From IMG/VR virus record IMGVR_UViG_3300005805_009577, positions 32,001 to 96,000 of that record: a stretch of 64,000 bases of DNA; one strand, 5' to 3'. Made by a program: the position numbers and the translations under genes. The number at the start of each line of letters is the position of its first letter. Within the stretch, counting starts at the first letter, position 1. Source of the DNA: a virus. Shown in pieces: positions 53,948 through 63,047 of the stretch. The notes below the pieces were generated by a model, which was given only the letters and a program-made list of their open reading frames with translations, was not told the origin of the DNA and did not search any database.

Positions 53948-55282
53948 ATGGCTACTATTAAATCTTTTAAAAAAGGCAAAAAACAAGCAAAGATTGAATT
54001 GAATGGATTTACTATAAACGAATTAATAAACGTATTACAACAAGAAAAAAAGAAGAAAAAAGAAAAAGCTAAAATTACTATTTATGATAATTTACAAAGC
54101 ATATACGAATCAGAAGATAAAAAAGCGATAGTTTTTTCTTTTGAAAATGGAAACAAGTTTAAATTTAATTTACCCGACAGCAGATTTTATCATGCACATA
54201 GTAACAAATTAATTAATTCTAATAATTTTGATATAAAATGTTACGATTTAAGTTCTGCAGAAATGTCTAATTTATCTACAGAAACTTGGATTAAAACTTT
54301 TTTTAACTTGATAGAAAATCTTGCTCCTTACGGAAGAAGACAATTATTAGATATAATAGATGCTTCTTTTTCTAAAAGGAAAGTCGATAAAGATATTCTT
54401 TTTTTATGGGAACAAGCAAGCAAACAAGAGTTTGTACAGAAACTAAATAAAGATCAGATAAGTCTTTTAGCCGAGATTATAAGCGATAATGATGATTACT
54501 CTATACTTAGAGAAATTATAAAAAATAAAAAAGATTATTGTTGGCTTTTTGAAAACTACTCACGCAGAAATGTTAATATTGACAGACACGACGGAACAAT
54601 TTTGTTTTTCTTTAATATCGCAAAAAGACTTGGTTGTTTGGAGCATTTAAAATATGCTTTCGACAACTATAGGTATGTGTTTAGCCATGAAGATTGGGAA
54701 ATTATTAAATATCTCTTGAAGAATGGCTATGAAGCAACAAGGCTATTAACTTATATCTGTCGAGATATGCCCAATCAAGGAATAGATTATTATAATCATG
54801 ATAATGATGAGTGTTGTTTGCATATACTGCGTGATTATGTAAGAATGAACATTCAAATGAAAAATGATTTTGAAAAATATCCAAGATATCTTAGAACTTA
54901 TCATGATGTAACTGTTAAGAATTACAATATAGCAAAAAATAAGTCTTTTAATACAAGAATGAAAAGAGTTGCCAAGAGCTTAGAAAAATATCATTACCAA
55001 AATGATGTTTATTCTATTGTTGCTCCAAAGTCTGCTGAAGATTTGATAGAAGAAGGCATAAGGCTTAACCATTGCGTAGCAAGCTATATAGAAGATGTCG
55101 CAAATAAAGAAACAGCGATATTATTTCTTAGAAAAAATAGTGATTTGAAAAGTTCTTTAGTTACCATGGAAATAAAAAATAATAGAATAGTTCAAGCAAA
55201 AGGTAAAAATAACTCTAATCCACAGCCTGAAGAAAAAAGGTTTATAGATGATTATAAGAAGTATTTGGCCAATATAAAATGA
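53948..55282 (+). CDS. PcfJ-like domain protein
   Basis: DY..M, YP..L...HD, P....L..EG..L.HCV.SY, I.FLR, T.EI....Q..G..N. Confidence 0.88.
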   Translation: MATIKSFKKGKKQAKIELNGFTINELINVLQQEKKKKKEKAKITIYDNLQSIYESEDKKAIVFSFENGNKFKFNLPDSRFYHAHSNKLINSNNFDIKCYDLSSAEMSNLSTETWIKTFFNLIENLAPYGRRQLLDIIDASFSKRKVDKDILFLWEQASKQEFVQKLNKDQISLLAEIISDNDDYSILREIIKNKKDYCWLFENYSRRNVNIDRHDGTILFFFNIAKRLGCLEHLKYAFDNYRYVFSHEDWEIIKYLLKNGYEATRLLTYICRDMPNQGIDYYNHDNDECCLHILRDYVRMNIQMKNDFEKYPRYLRTYHDVTVKNYNIAKNKSFNTRMKRVAKSLEKYHYQNDVYSIVAPKSAEDLIEEGIRLNHCVASYIEDVANKETAILFLRKNSDLKSSLVTMEIKNNRIVQAKGKNNSNPQPEEKRFIDDYKKYLANIK

Positions 55283-55839
55283 GCAAGTCAATATTTTCTT
55301 CATGTAAATTAGCAACTCCTTTGGCAAAGAAATATTGCAAGGGTGGCATATTAACTTTAGAATATGACAAAGATATAAAAAATCTTAGGGTAGGACCCAA
55401 GTTAAATGCACTTAGTCCTAAAATAGAAGTGGCAGAAAAAATGAGGCAAATACATGCCATATTTTACATGCGTCAACTTTATCCAAATATAGAAAATATT
55501 CCAACTTTCCCTGATTACGAGAAAGAAATAAAAAGATATCCTTTTCCCAGCTTTATTTATTCCTATTACTTTCTTAAAAAACCGTGGCCAGAAGCAGAAA
55601 GAATAATATCGCAAGACAAAACGGCCAGCATACTATACTCGATACATGTTTTAAAAAGAAGATTTGAATTGGGTGAAGATGCCATGAAAAATGACCCTGA
55701 AATTTGCCTTGCATATTGCATAAAAATATTTAAAAGAAAAAGACTACCAAATAAAATGCACCAAGCAATGTTATTAAATTCGCTAAAAGAGAGCAACCGA
55801 TCAATCGAAAGATATTTAAATTACAAGAATGTAAAATAA
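55279..55839 (+). CDS. Helical-repeat protein (Y...L..RF..GE family)
   Basis: YSYYFLKKPWPEAE, YSIHVLKRRFELGE, RLPNKMHQAMLL. Confidence 0.75.
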   Translation: MSKSIFSSCKLATPLAKKYCKGGILTLEYDKDIKNLRVGPKLNALSPKIEVAEKMRQIHAIFYMRQLYPNIENIPTFPDYEKEIKRYPFPSFIYSYYFLKKPWPEAERIISQDKTASILYSIHVLKRRFELGEDAMKNDPEICLAYCIKIFKRKRLPNKMHQAMLLNSLKESNRSIERYLNYKNVK

Positions 55840-55841
55840 AA

Positions 55842-55873
55842 CACCCCGCATAAACTTGCATCTATGCGGGGTG
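55842..55873. terminator. Hairpin between convergent genes
   Basis: CACCCCGCATA/TATGCGGGGTG. Confidence 0.75.
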
Positions 55874-55893
55874 CTATTGGATAATAAAATAAA

Positions 55894-56109
55894 TTATACT
55901 AAGAAATCTAACTCTTCGACATAAGGAACATCGGCATTAAAAACATCGCCATCTTTTTTTCTTCCAATTACTTTTCCCACAACACTTAGCATTTCAACCG
56001 TTCTTTGATTGCTTAATCCATTACGAACACTTGTATCTAAACAACCTTCTGTGGTGTACTTATCATTAACTATATTTGTCAATTTAACTGTGTAATTAAC
56101 TGCTGCCAT
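55894..56109 (-). CDS. Small hypothetical protein
   Basis: AAGGAGG RBS before ATG 56109. Confidence 0.75.
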   Translation of the reverse strand: MAAVNYTVKLTNIVNDKYTTEGCLDTSVRNGLSNQRTVEMLSVVGKVIGRKKDGDVFNADVPYVEELDFLV

Positions 56110-56131
56110 TGAAATCCTCCTTGTTAAAGTA

Positions 56132-56152
56132 ATAGATGAATAATTCATCTAT
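56132..56152. promoter_or_regulatory. Perfect 10-1-10 palindrome in divergent intergenic region
   Basis: ATAGATGAAT-A-ATTCATCTAT. Confidence 0.5.
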
Positions 56153-56172
56153 AATTATTTATTAAAACAAAT

Positions 56173-56670
56173 ATGAATTTTTTACAAAATATTTATAAAA
56201 AAGCAAAAGAATTTTCTAGAGATGCTCACGAAAGCATAGGTCAGAAAAGAAAAGTAAGTGGCGGGAAATATTATCTTCACACATGGGCTGTGGCCGAGCT
56301 TGTTTATACAAAAACAAAAGACGAAGAAATTTTGGCTGCTGCTTGTTTGCACGATGTAATAGAAGATGTTTTCCCTAAAAATCCTATTTACAATGCCGGC
56401 TTGATACAACAGGAATTTGGAGAAAGAGTTTTAGGCTTAGTTTTAGAGCTTACAGATGAATACACAAAAACAAATTATCCAGACCTCAGTAGAAAAGAAA
56501 GAAAAAGATTAGAGGCAATTAGAATAAGCCAAATATCCGAAGATGCAAAATTAATAAAAAGAGCTGATTTACATCATAATTCCCTAGAAATAGGAGTAGA
56601 TGAATTTTTTAATAAAACTTGGTTGGCCGAAAAAGAAAATATTGAAAAATTTATAGGTAAATGGCAATAA
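56173..56670 (+). CDS. HD-domain RelA/SpoT-type small alarmone hydrolase-like protein
   Basis: AH..Q.RK..G..Y..H...VA, AA.LHDVIED, FG.RV..LV.ELTD, A.LIK.AD..HN. Confidence 0.85.
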   Translation: MNFLQNIYKKAKEFSRDAHESIGQKRKVSGGKYYLHTWAVAELVYTKTKDEEILAAACLHDVIEDVFPKNPIYNAGLIQQEFGERVLGLVLELTDEYTKTNYPDLSRKERKRLEAIRISQISEDAKLIKRADLHHNSLEIGVDEFFNKTWLAEKENIEKFIGKWQ

Positions 56671-56685
56671 ATATTCATTGCCACT

Positions 56686-57369
56686 ATGAATTTTGAATTA
56701 ATTAAAACAATTTCTCATGATATAAACGCTTATACACAAGGATATTTTTTTAAAGATGGCTTTTTGTATGAGAGTACAGGTTTATACGGTAAGTCTTCTT
56801 TAAGAAAAATAAGCACAGAAGACGGCAGTATAATCAAAAATATAAATATAGAAAAAAAATATTTTTCAGAAGGAATTGAATATTATAAAAATAATATTTA
56901 TATGTTGACCTGGCGTGAGCAGGTTTGCAAAGTTTTTGATTTTAATAATTTTCAAGAAATAAAAAACTTTCAATATTCCGGCGAAGGCTGGGGCATTTCT
57001 TTATTTAAAAGTAAATTTTATATGAGCAATGGATCTAATACCATTAAAGTATTAGATCCAGAAAATTTTAATACACTAGAAGAGTTTAATGTTTTTGATG
57101 AAAATAAAAACCCTATAAAATGGTTGAATGAACTCCAAGTGGTTGACAACTTTCTTTTAGCCAATATATGGTTTACAGATAAAATTGTTGTTATAGACAT
57201 AGAAAATAAGAAATTTATCAAGACAATAGATTTTAGCAGCCTAAGAGTTTATTTAAAAAACAAGAACGCAGAAGTTATGAATGGAATAGCATATGATGAA
57301 AAAGAAAAAATATTTTATATAACTGGCAAGTTTTGGGATCTTTCTTTTAAAACAAAAATTTATTTTTAG
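56686..57369 (+). CDS. Glutaminyl-peptide cyclotransferase (beta-propeller type)
   Basis: YTQG, LYESTG.YG.S, F.EG, LTW.E, GEGWG, SNGS, LNEL, ANIW, NGIAYD, TGK.W; no signal peptide. Confidence 0.92.
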   Translation: MNFELIKTISHDINAYTQGYFFKDGFLYESTGLYGKSSLRKISTEDGSIIKNINIEKKYFSEGIEYYKNNIYMLTWREQVCKVFDFNNFQEIKNFQYSGEGWGISLFKSKFYMSNGSNTIKVLDPENFNTLEEFNVFDENKNPIKWLNELQVVDNFLLANIWFTDKIVVIDIENKKFIKTIDFSSLRVYLKNKNAEVMNGIAYDEKEKIFYITGKFWDLSFKTKIYF

Positions 57370-57542
57370 TTATTCGTCTTTGTTAAACAACATTTGAATC
57401 ATGGCTGTAACGCATAAAAGACTAAAAACTGCAATAACTGAAGTAAGAGAAACCAACAAAACTACAGAACATATTTGTAAAATATTTGAAACTAACATAA
57501 CATAAATATAGTTAAATTAAAAAAAAATTAATTGCTAAACTG

Positions 57543-57548
57543 GGTACG
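57543..57548 (+). promoter_or_regulatory. GGTACG motif
   Basis: Intergenic, upstream of sigma70-like promoter. Confidence 0.45.
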
Positions 57549-57585
57549 CCTAGAAAATGGTTATTTTATACTAAAAATTATTTGC

Positions 57586-57615
57586 TTGACAAAAATGATT
57601 AAAAATTAGTATAAT
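57586..57615 (+). promoter_or_regulatory. Sigma70-like promoter TTGACA-N18-TATAAT
   Basis: Exact hexamers. Confidence 0.6.
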
Positions 57616-57750
57616 TTGATTTTAATCACGGAGGGTTGAAATGAATTTTGATTTTTATAGTGCTGCTGTTGGGTTTTTTATAGGTATTTTTGCAAGTTAT
57701 TTTGTAAGCGACTTGGTTTTTGCATACTGGTTTAAAAAGAAGGACTAAAA

Positions 57751-57963
57751 ATGGAAAAAAGCACGGTTGAAACATTTTGCCAAGTTGCCAAAAAAATTTC
57801 TCAAGCAAGGACGTTTGTTGATCGAGAGACAAAAATTATACTAAACGACGCTCTTGAATTAATGGCTTTGCATTGTGATTGCTCTGTGGACAAGTTGATA
57901 AGAAACATGTCCGATCAAATTTTTGAAAATATTGAGCATGATCAACAAAAAAAGCTTAAATGA
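57751..57963 (+). CDS. Hypothetical protein
   Basis: ORF track. Confidence 0.7.
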   Translation: MEKSTVETFCQVAKKISQARTFVDRETKIILNDALELMALHCDCSVDKLIRNMSDQIFENIEHDQQKKLK

Positions 57964-58249
57964 CTTTATAAATTTAAATGACTTGCCTCCCATAGATAAA
58001 TACAAAGGAGGACATATAGAGGCTTTATATTTTTTAAAAATATATAGTGCCATTTTAAAAAAAGGTGGCGGAAGAGAATTGATGGCAAAATACATTGGTA
58101 GAAAGCCAATGAGCGTTAAGAAAAAGTTAAAAAGTATTATAAAAGAATATAACAAAAGGCAACTTTGGCACAACCATTTTGGGTTAGTGGTTATAAAAGA
58201 TATAGCACACTTAGAAGAAGGATTGTTAAACAGTACTTTGGAGTATTAA
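57938..58249 (+). CDS. Hypothetical protein (possible HTH)
   Basis: RELMAKYIGRKPMSVKKKL. Confidence 0.55.
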   Translation: MINKKSLNDFINLNDLPPIDKYKGGHIEALYFLKIYSAILKKGGGRELMAKYIGRKPMSVKKKLKSIIKEYNKRQLWHNHFGLVVIKDIAHLEEGLLNSTLEY

Positions 58250-58250
58250 A

Positions 58251-58511
58251 ATGAGTGCTGACAATGGAATATACATTGCAAAGTTTAACAGTGGATATAA
58301 AGTTATACACGCAGGATGTATTGATAACTTAGACTATTATGATGTTGGTACTAAAAAAAGAAAACAAATTTGGAAAAAATACTTTAAGGATGCTAAAACT
58401 TTTAAGGAAAAAAGCAATGCCTTAGAATACGCTATTAAACTTTTCGAGGCAGAAACCATAGTTGAGTATGGCATTGTAGATCTTGGACAAGGAGAAGAAT
58501 ATGAAGACTAA
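58251..58511 (+). CDS. Conserved phage protein
   Basis: MSADNGIYI, A..IDN, EYGI. Confidence 0.7.
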   Translation: MSADNGIYIAKFNSGYKVIHAGCIDNLDYYDVGTKKRKQIWKKYFKDAKTFKEKSNALEYAIKLFEAETIVEYGIVDLGQGEEYED

Positions 58512-58686
58512 AATAGTTGAACTTAATATAAACGGCGATCCTTATGGGCGGGGCTACACGGGATCTGAATCTTCCGATGGAGGAAAAACTTGGTATTATA
58601 GGGGCGATGTAGGTGCCATGCCTAGAAGTTGGTGGAGAATGTATTGTAGGAAAAACAACATAATTTTAAGAGAGGTCAGGAGATAA
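58501..58686 (+). CDS. Hypothetical protein
   Basis: GGAG RBS before ATG 58501. Confidence 0.7.
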   Translation: MKTKIVELNINGDPYGRGYTGSESSDGGKTWYYRGDVGAMPRSWWRMYCRKNNIILREVRR

Positions 58687-58982
58687 TGTCGTATAAAATG
58701 TTTTTAGACGACGAAAGAAAGCCACCAGACAATGAATATGTTGTGTGTAGAAGTACAGATGAGGCTTTAGATTATATTAAAAAAAATGGTTGGCCTTATC
58801 ATTTTAGCTTTGATCATGATTTAGGTGGCGAAGATACTACTATGGTTTTTCTAAAAAAACTGTATAATTATTGGGATGAGAAAACTACAATTCCATCTTA
58901 TTATGTTCATTCTGCTAATCCTATTGGCAAAAAGAATATAATAAGTTTTATGGATAGTTGGAAGAAGGCGTATGATGATTGA
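58686..58982 (+). CDS. Cyclic-phosphate-processing receiver-like domain protein
   Basis: MFLDDER.PP, SFDHDLG, VHSANP.G..NI. Confidence 0.8.
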   Translation: MSYKMFLDDERKPPDNEYVVCRSTDEALDYIKKNGWPYHFSFDHDLGGEDTTMVFLKKLYNYWDEKTTIPSYYVHSANPIGKKNIISFMDSWKKAYDD

Positions 58983-59418
58983 AACACTCAAAAAATACTT
59001 AGGCGAATTTAGTCTTCATGCAACTAATGTGAAAGAAAACAGTCCAGAAGGCTGGATAAGCGTTGAGTTCTTTTCTGCTTATCAAGTAGAAAGATTTTTT
59101 AATATGATCGCATTGTATGATGTAGATCCCAACTCTATGTATAATCGAATTAGAAAGGAATGGGATAAAGAAGATAAAAGTGATTTTTGGAAATATGTGG
59201 TTAAGCCTGTCGATTATGGCGTAGAACAAAAAGAAGAAAATGGAAATATAACGGAAAAATTTAAAGGGGGATCTTTATTTAAACTTGCTATTATTGTTAA
59301 GTTTCCTGTAAAAGATTTAGAAGAAGTTTGCAAAAATTTTAGAGATTATAAATATATGTTTGCTAAACCTGAAACCGAGGATAGCAAAGATTCTAAAGAT
59401 AAAATAGAAAATGAATAA
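58972..59418 (+). CDS. Hypothetical protein
   Basis: ORF track. Confidence 0.7.
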   Translation: MMIETLKKYLGEFSLHATNVKENSPEGWISVEFFSAYQVERFFNMIALYDVDPNSMYNRIRKEWDKEDKSDFWKYVVKPVDYGVEQKEENGNITEKFKGGSLFKLAIIVKFPVKDLEEVCKNFRDYKYMFAKPETEDSKDSKDKIENE

Positions 59419-60064
59419 AGAAATTAATATTTTTAGGAAAAGAATAAAAAATTTAGAGGAAGATTTATCCTGCTTTAGGAAAATAGAAAACGCTAAACTA
59501 CTTGTACAAATTTTAAACAATAAAAATTCCATATCTAGTCTTGAAAATATTATAGACATAGATCATCTAAGAAAAGAAAAAGAAAATTCCTGGTCTGCTA
59601 ATTGTTTTTTAGAAAGTTACGACGAACAGAAAATAGAAAAAATAATTTTGGATTTTGCAGTTTATGATGGTCACCCCAAAATATTTAACAGATACATAAA
59701 AGATAGAGATTTATTTCTTAATTTTTTTGGATCAGTATATTCTAGGCAAAAAATAGTACTAATAAAAAGAATTTTTAAATTCAATAAAATAGAACCTAAA
59801 GATTTCTGCAGAACATATGAATTGGATTTTAAAGATATTTTAAAAATGTATTATGGCAATGTGGAATTGCCAAATGAACATTACTCCAATTCAGAACGAG
59901 ATCTTGTAATAAACTTGTGTAAATACTTTGGAATAAAAATCCCAGAAAGTTTTAAAGATCCATATAAAAATTGTAGATGCTTAATTTGTGGTGAAAGTTA
60001 TAGGTCTGAATTTGTTTTAAAATTGCATTTAAAAGAAAATCATGGGATTAAAAGTGAAGACTAA
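59411..60064 (+). CDS. Hypothetical protein with C-terminal C2H2 zinc finger
   Basis: CLICGESY..E..LKLHLKENH. Confidence 0.7.
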   Translation: MNKEINIFRKRIKNLEEDLSCFRKIENAKLLVQILNNKNSISSLENIIDIDHLRKEKENSWSANCFLESYDEQKIEKIILDFAVYDGHPKIFNRYIKDRDLFLNFFGSVYSRQKIVLIKRIFKFNKIEPKDFCRTYELDFKDILKMYYGNVELPNEHYSNSERDLVINLCKYFGIKIPESFKDPYKNCRCLICGESYRSEFVLKLHLKENHGIKSED

Positions 60065-60893
60065 AATAGCTAATTATATTCCAAACAGTTTAATCACAAG
60101 CAATAATTCTTGTCTTAGTAAGAAAAAAATTAAACTTATAGTCCAGGTTTTACAAGATGAAAAACCAATGTCGGCTTTAGACTTTGACTTTGAAAAGTTT
60201 AATCAAGAGTGTGAAAATGATAAAGAATTTAAAGATGATTATGGTTGGTTTTCTTTGACCAAGGAAAGCCTTATAAAATTAGTAACAGATTGGACGGCAT
60301 CAGAGGCAGAGCAAGGAGATCAATATAACGAAGAGTGGTACATACCAGAATATTTTATAAAGTATTTAGACTTAAAAGTATTTTTAAGTGTTTATGCGTT
60401 CTTATGTAAGTGTTCTTATGGTATAAAAGACTTTAATAAAAAGTCTTTTATATCTAATAGGCATAATTGTTATAAAATCCTAGAAGAATATGTTGATAAA
60501 AATAATAAGCACAAAAACTATAGGCTATATAACTTTTTGAAAAAGGAAATAGAATATAATCATGTGTATGATGAGTTTCAATCTGTAATTATAGATCAAA
60601 TTGAAGATGATTCGATAGATGGAAATCTCAAGATAATACTCTGTATCAGCGATAGCATAAAATTTGCTAAATCTTTAGAATTAAAAATAGATTATATTAA
60701 AGACTACACAAGTCGTTTTTTAGAAATGGAAGAGGACTATCGTATTAATGAAAATCTTTTTAATGCCGAAATACAATTTTTGGCTAATGATGTCGGTCTG
60801 CCAGAGGAAGAAATTAAAGAAATCGTAAATAATTTTAAAAGCTTTTTTAAAGAGTGGTATTCTGATCACTTCTATAAGAAGTATATTGATTAA
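60042..60893 (+). CDS. Hypothetical protein
   Basis: ORF track. Confidence 0.7.
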   Translation: MGLKVKTKIANYIPNSLITSNNSCLSKKKIKLIVQVLQDEKPMSALDFDFEKFNQECENDKEFKDDYGWFSLTKESLIKLVTDWTASEAEQGDQYNEEWYIPEYFIKYLDLKVFLSVYAFLCKCSYGIKDFNKKSFISNRHNCYKILEEYVDKNNKHKNYRLYNFLKKEIEYNHVYDEFQSVIIDQIEDDSIDGNLKIILCISDSIKFAKSLELKIDYIKDYTSRFLEMEEDYRINENLFNAEIQFLANDVGLPEEEIKEIVNNFKSFFKEWYSDHFYKKYID

Positions 60894-60929
60894 ATCTTGG
60901 CAATCTACTTGGCTAAAAAGTCTTTTTTG

Positions 60930-60949
60930 GGTACGTCTCTCCGGTGTCG
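60930..60949 (+). promoter_or_regulatory. Putative phage promoter GGTACG-N8-GTGTCG
   Basis: Bipartite motif shared with 1331, 14784, 49593. Confidence 0.6.
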
Positions 60950-60991
60950 TTCGTCTGCAAACATAATCTAAAATAATTGGAGAAAAATTTT

Positions 60992-61318
60992 ATGGGTCGC
61001 CCTCCTGCTGGCACTGGTATTGACATGGATCACTTCATTACTGTATGGATTGAGGCTTACAAGTCCGGAAAGAATCAAAGTGATGTTAGCCGAATCCTTG
61101 GAGTGACTCCTGCTGCTGTTTCAACCAAGGCTAAGAAGTTTCGTGAAATGGGCATTGAACTTCCCGAACTTCAGCGGTCTAGTGGCGTTAACACTGTGAA
61201 TGTGAGTGCGGCAAAGCAGTTAATGAGCCGTCTTATGAATGAAGTCAATCAGGAGACTGACCGACAGATCAAGGAAGTTGAAAAGAATGAGTTTGATGAT
61301 GGCGGAGATTTTCTGTGA
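60992..61318 (+). CDS. Small HTH DNA-binding protein (paralog of 14858..15136)
   Basis: NQSDVSRILGVTPAAVSTKAKKFREMGIELP; GGAG RBS; strong codon bias. Confidence 0.8.
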   Translation: MGRPPAGTGIDMDHFITVWIEAYKSGKNQSDVSRILGVTPAAVSTKAKKFREMGIELPELQRSSGVNTVNVSAAKQLMSRLMNEVNQETDRQIKEVEKNEFDDGGDFL

Positions 61319-61620
61319 ACAATGTAAGAAGTTTTCTCGAAAAAGGTTTTCCATGTAGGTCAATTACTATTAGATACCATATAAGTGGTGCTAGGGTTTC
61401 AATTAGCGACTTTGAACATGGAGAAGTAATTAGTCGAGTTAAATCTACCGTCGAACAAGCCCTTCAATCTTGTATGGATGATTTTGATGAAAGTATTAAG
61501 CTTAAAGTTTCTGAGAAGGTTGAGCGTTTAGAAAAAAAGAGAAAAGAGATAGAAAAGGAATTAAATTCTATTTCACGAGATATTAGTAGTCTTAAACTTA
61601 ATTATTTTAAGGATAAGTAA
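61315..61620 (+). CDS. Hypothetical protein with C-terminal coiled coil
   Basis: ORF track; GTGA overlap. Confidence 0.7.
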   Translation: MNNVRSFLEKGFPCRSITIRYHISGARVSISDFEHGEVISRVKSTVEQALQSCMDDFDESIKLKVSEKVERLEKKRKEIEKELNSISRDISSLKLNYFKDK

Positions 61621-61811
61621 TGTTATACTACGATGACAATTTTGGCGAATATAACATCGAAAGCGAAGAAGATATTGAGTTTTATCATGAAATGCAAAAA
61701 ATGTCCGTAGAAAAAATTTGCGTAGATTGTGGTAAAACTGTTCGAATAAAGTCTGATTATGAAGTTTGTAATAATTGTGCTGATCGTAGAGAGCGTGGAT
61801 TAGCGTATTAA
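61620..61811 (+). CDS. Small zinc-ribbon protein
   Basis: YYDDNFG, CVDCG, VCNNCA. Confidence 0.75.
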   Translation: MLYYDDNFGEYNIESEEDIEFYHEMQKMSVEKICVDCGKTVRIKSDYEVCNNCADRRERGLAY

Positions 61812-61822
61812 GAGGTATAATT

Positions 61823-62053
61823 ATGTTTTTTATTAACATAAACGGATACGAAGTTCCGGAAAATTATAGCGAAAAAAGCAAGAAAGTAATTAAAACTCTT
61901 TCAGAGTGTGGATGTGTAGAAGTTCAATTTGACGATGAAACAATTTTTGTTAGTAGTGAACTTTTAAGTTTTGCTGTTGAAAAGGGCGTAACAGCCTACA
62001 AAAAAGATTATAGTTTAATTCTTTGCGACAACCCTGTTAAACATACTTTTTAG
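61823..62053 (+). CDS. Hypothetical protein
   Basis: GAGG RBS. Confidence 0.7.
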   Translation: MFFININGYEVPENYSEKSKKVIKTLSECGCVEVQFDDETIFVSSELLSFAVEKGVTAYKKDYSLILCDNPVKHTF

Positions 62054-62063
62054 GAGATTTGAT

Positions 62064-62336
62064 ATGAACATTAATGTTAATAAAAACTACGATAAACTCT
62101 CTGTGACGGTAAACGAATATTCTGATGACCCGAATGTTGATATTAAATTTTTGACCACCACACCAGATGATGTAACAAGTTCTTTTGATTTTATTAATAT
62201 AACTGTCTTTGACAAAGAATATAAAGAAAGTGCTAATATTACTTTTGCAAAAGACGCACTTGAAAAATTTGTTTGCAGGATGGAAAAAGCTATTAAGGCT
62301 TATAGGGAAAAAAATCTTATTTCTATCGAATCTTAA
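62064..62336 (+). CDS. Hypothetical protein
   Basis: GGAG RBS. Confidence 0.7.
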   Translation: MNINVNKNYDKLSVTVNEYSDDPNVDIKFLTTTPDDVTSSFDFINITVFDKEYKESANITFAKDALEKFVCRMEKAIKAYREKNLISIES

Positions 62337-62348
62337 TTTGGAGATAAA

Positions 62349-62678
62349 ATGAAAAATAAAATTATAATGTGGATGGACGAAAATACAGGCAAGTATTATT
62401 CTTGTGAGGTCACTAAGAACTATAGAGTTGCTTTTGGAGATAATATCGAAGAATGCGTGCAAAACATCGAACCAGAAATTTACGAAAAGGCTTCTATTGC
62501 AAAAGATGTTGCTAAAAAAGTTGTTGCCAACACAGGCATGAGTGCTTTGGTTTTACATGTAACCAAATATAAAAGCTTTCCGCAAAATCAGACAAAAGAC
62601 AAGAAAGTAAAGATTGTCCATATGATTATGGGCAAGAATGAAAAGAATCGTGTTCGTAAGACCTTAGCTAATAGCTAG
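62349..62678 (+). CDS. Hypothetical protein
   Basis: GGAG RBS. Confidence 0.7.
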   Translation: MKNKIIMWMDENTGKYYSCEVTKNYRVAFGDNIEECVQNIEPEIYEKASIAKDVAKKVVANTGMSALVLHVTKYKSFPQNQTKDKKVKIVHMIMGKNEKNRVRKTLANS

Positions 62679-62695
62679 TTTTTAAAAGGGAAAAA

Positions 62696-62944
62696 ATGAA
62701 TAATCAACAAAATGGTTGTGGTTTTTTGCTTGCAATGATTTTCGGTGCCGCCTTGTTATCTTCTATGATTCAATCTTGTAATGGTTCTTCAAGTAATTAT
62801 GTTCCTCAAAGTAACACAAATAGTTTTGAGCATAGATATGTAAAAGAACGGGTAAAATTAGAAGGATATTCTGACGCAGAAGCAAAACAAGCGGCAGACG
62901 CTATTATCCGGTTTCATGAGGCTCAAAAAGCCAGACAACGGTAA
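62696..62944 (+). CDS. Membrane/lipoprotein-like small protein
   Basis: GCGFLLAMIFGAALLSSMIQSC. Confidence 0.7.
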   Translation: MNNQQNGCGFLLAMIFGAALLSSMIQSCNGSSSNYVPQSNTNSFEHRYVKERVKLEGYSDAEAKQAADAIIRFHEAQKARQR

Positions 62945-62969
62945 AATATTTTTTAAAATTACTTTAAAC

Positions 62970-63002
62970 AAAACCCATGCTATTTATAGCATGGGTTTTT
63001 TT
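62970..63002 (+). terminator. Intrinsic terminator
   Basis: AAAACCCATGCTAT-TT-ATAGCATGGGTTTT plus T-tract. Confidence 0.85.
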
Positions 63003-63047
63003 ATTAAAATTTTTTAATAATTTAATATATAAGTAGTGGAGAAAATT

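Noticed and set aside
1065-62462. Many minus-strand or alternate-frame ORFs in the track (e.g. 1065, 1501, 1520, 2241, 2701, 10158, 12677, 14741, 28166, 33987, 47404, 59317, 62037)
   Set aside because: They are shadows of well-supported plus-strand genes or of the tmRNA, with no RBS or motif support.
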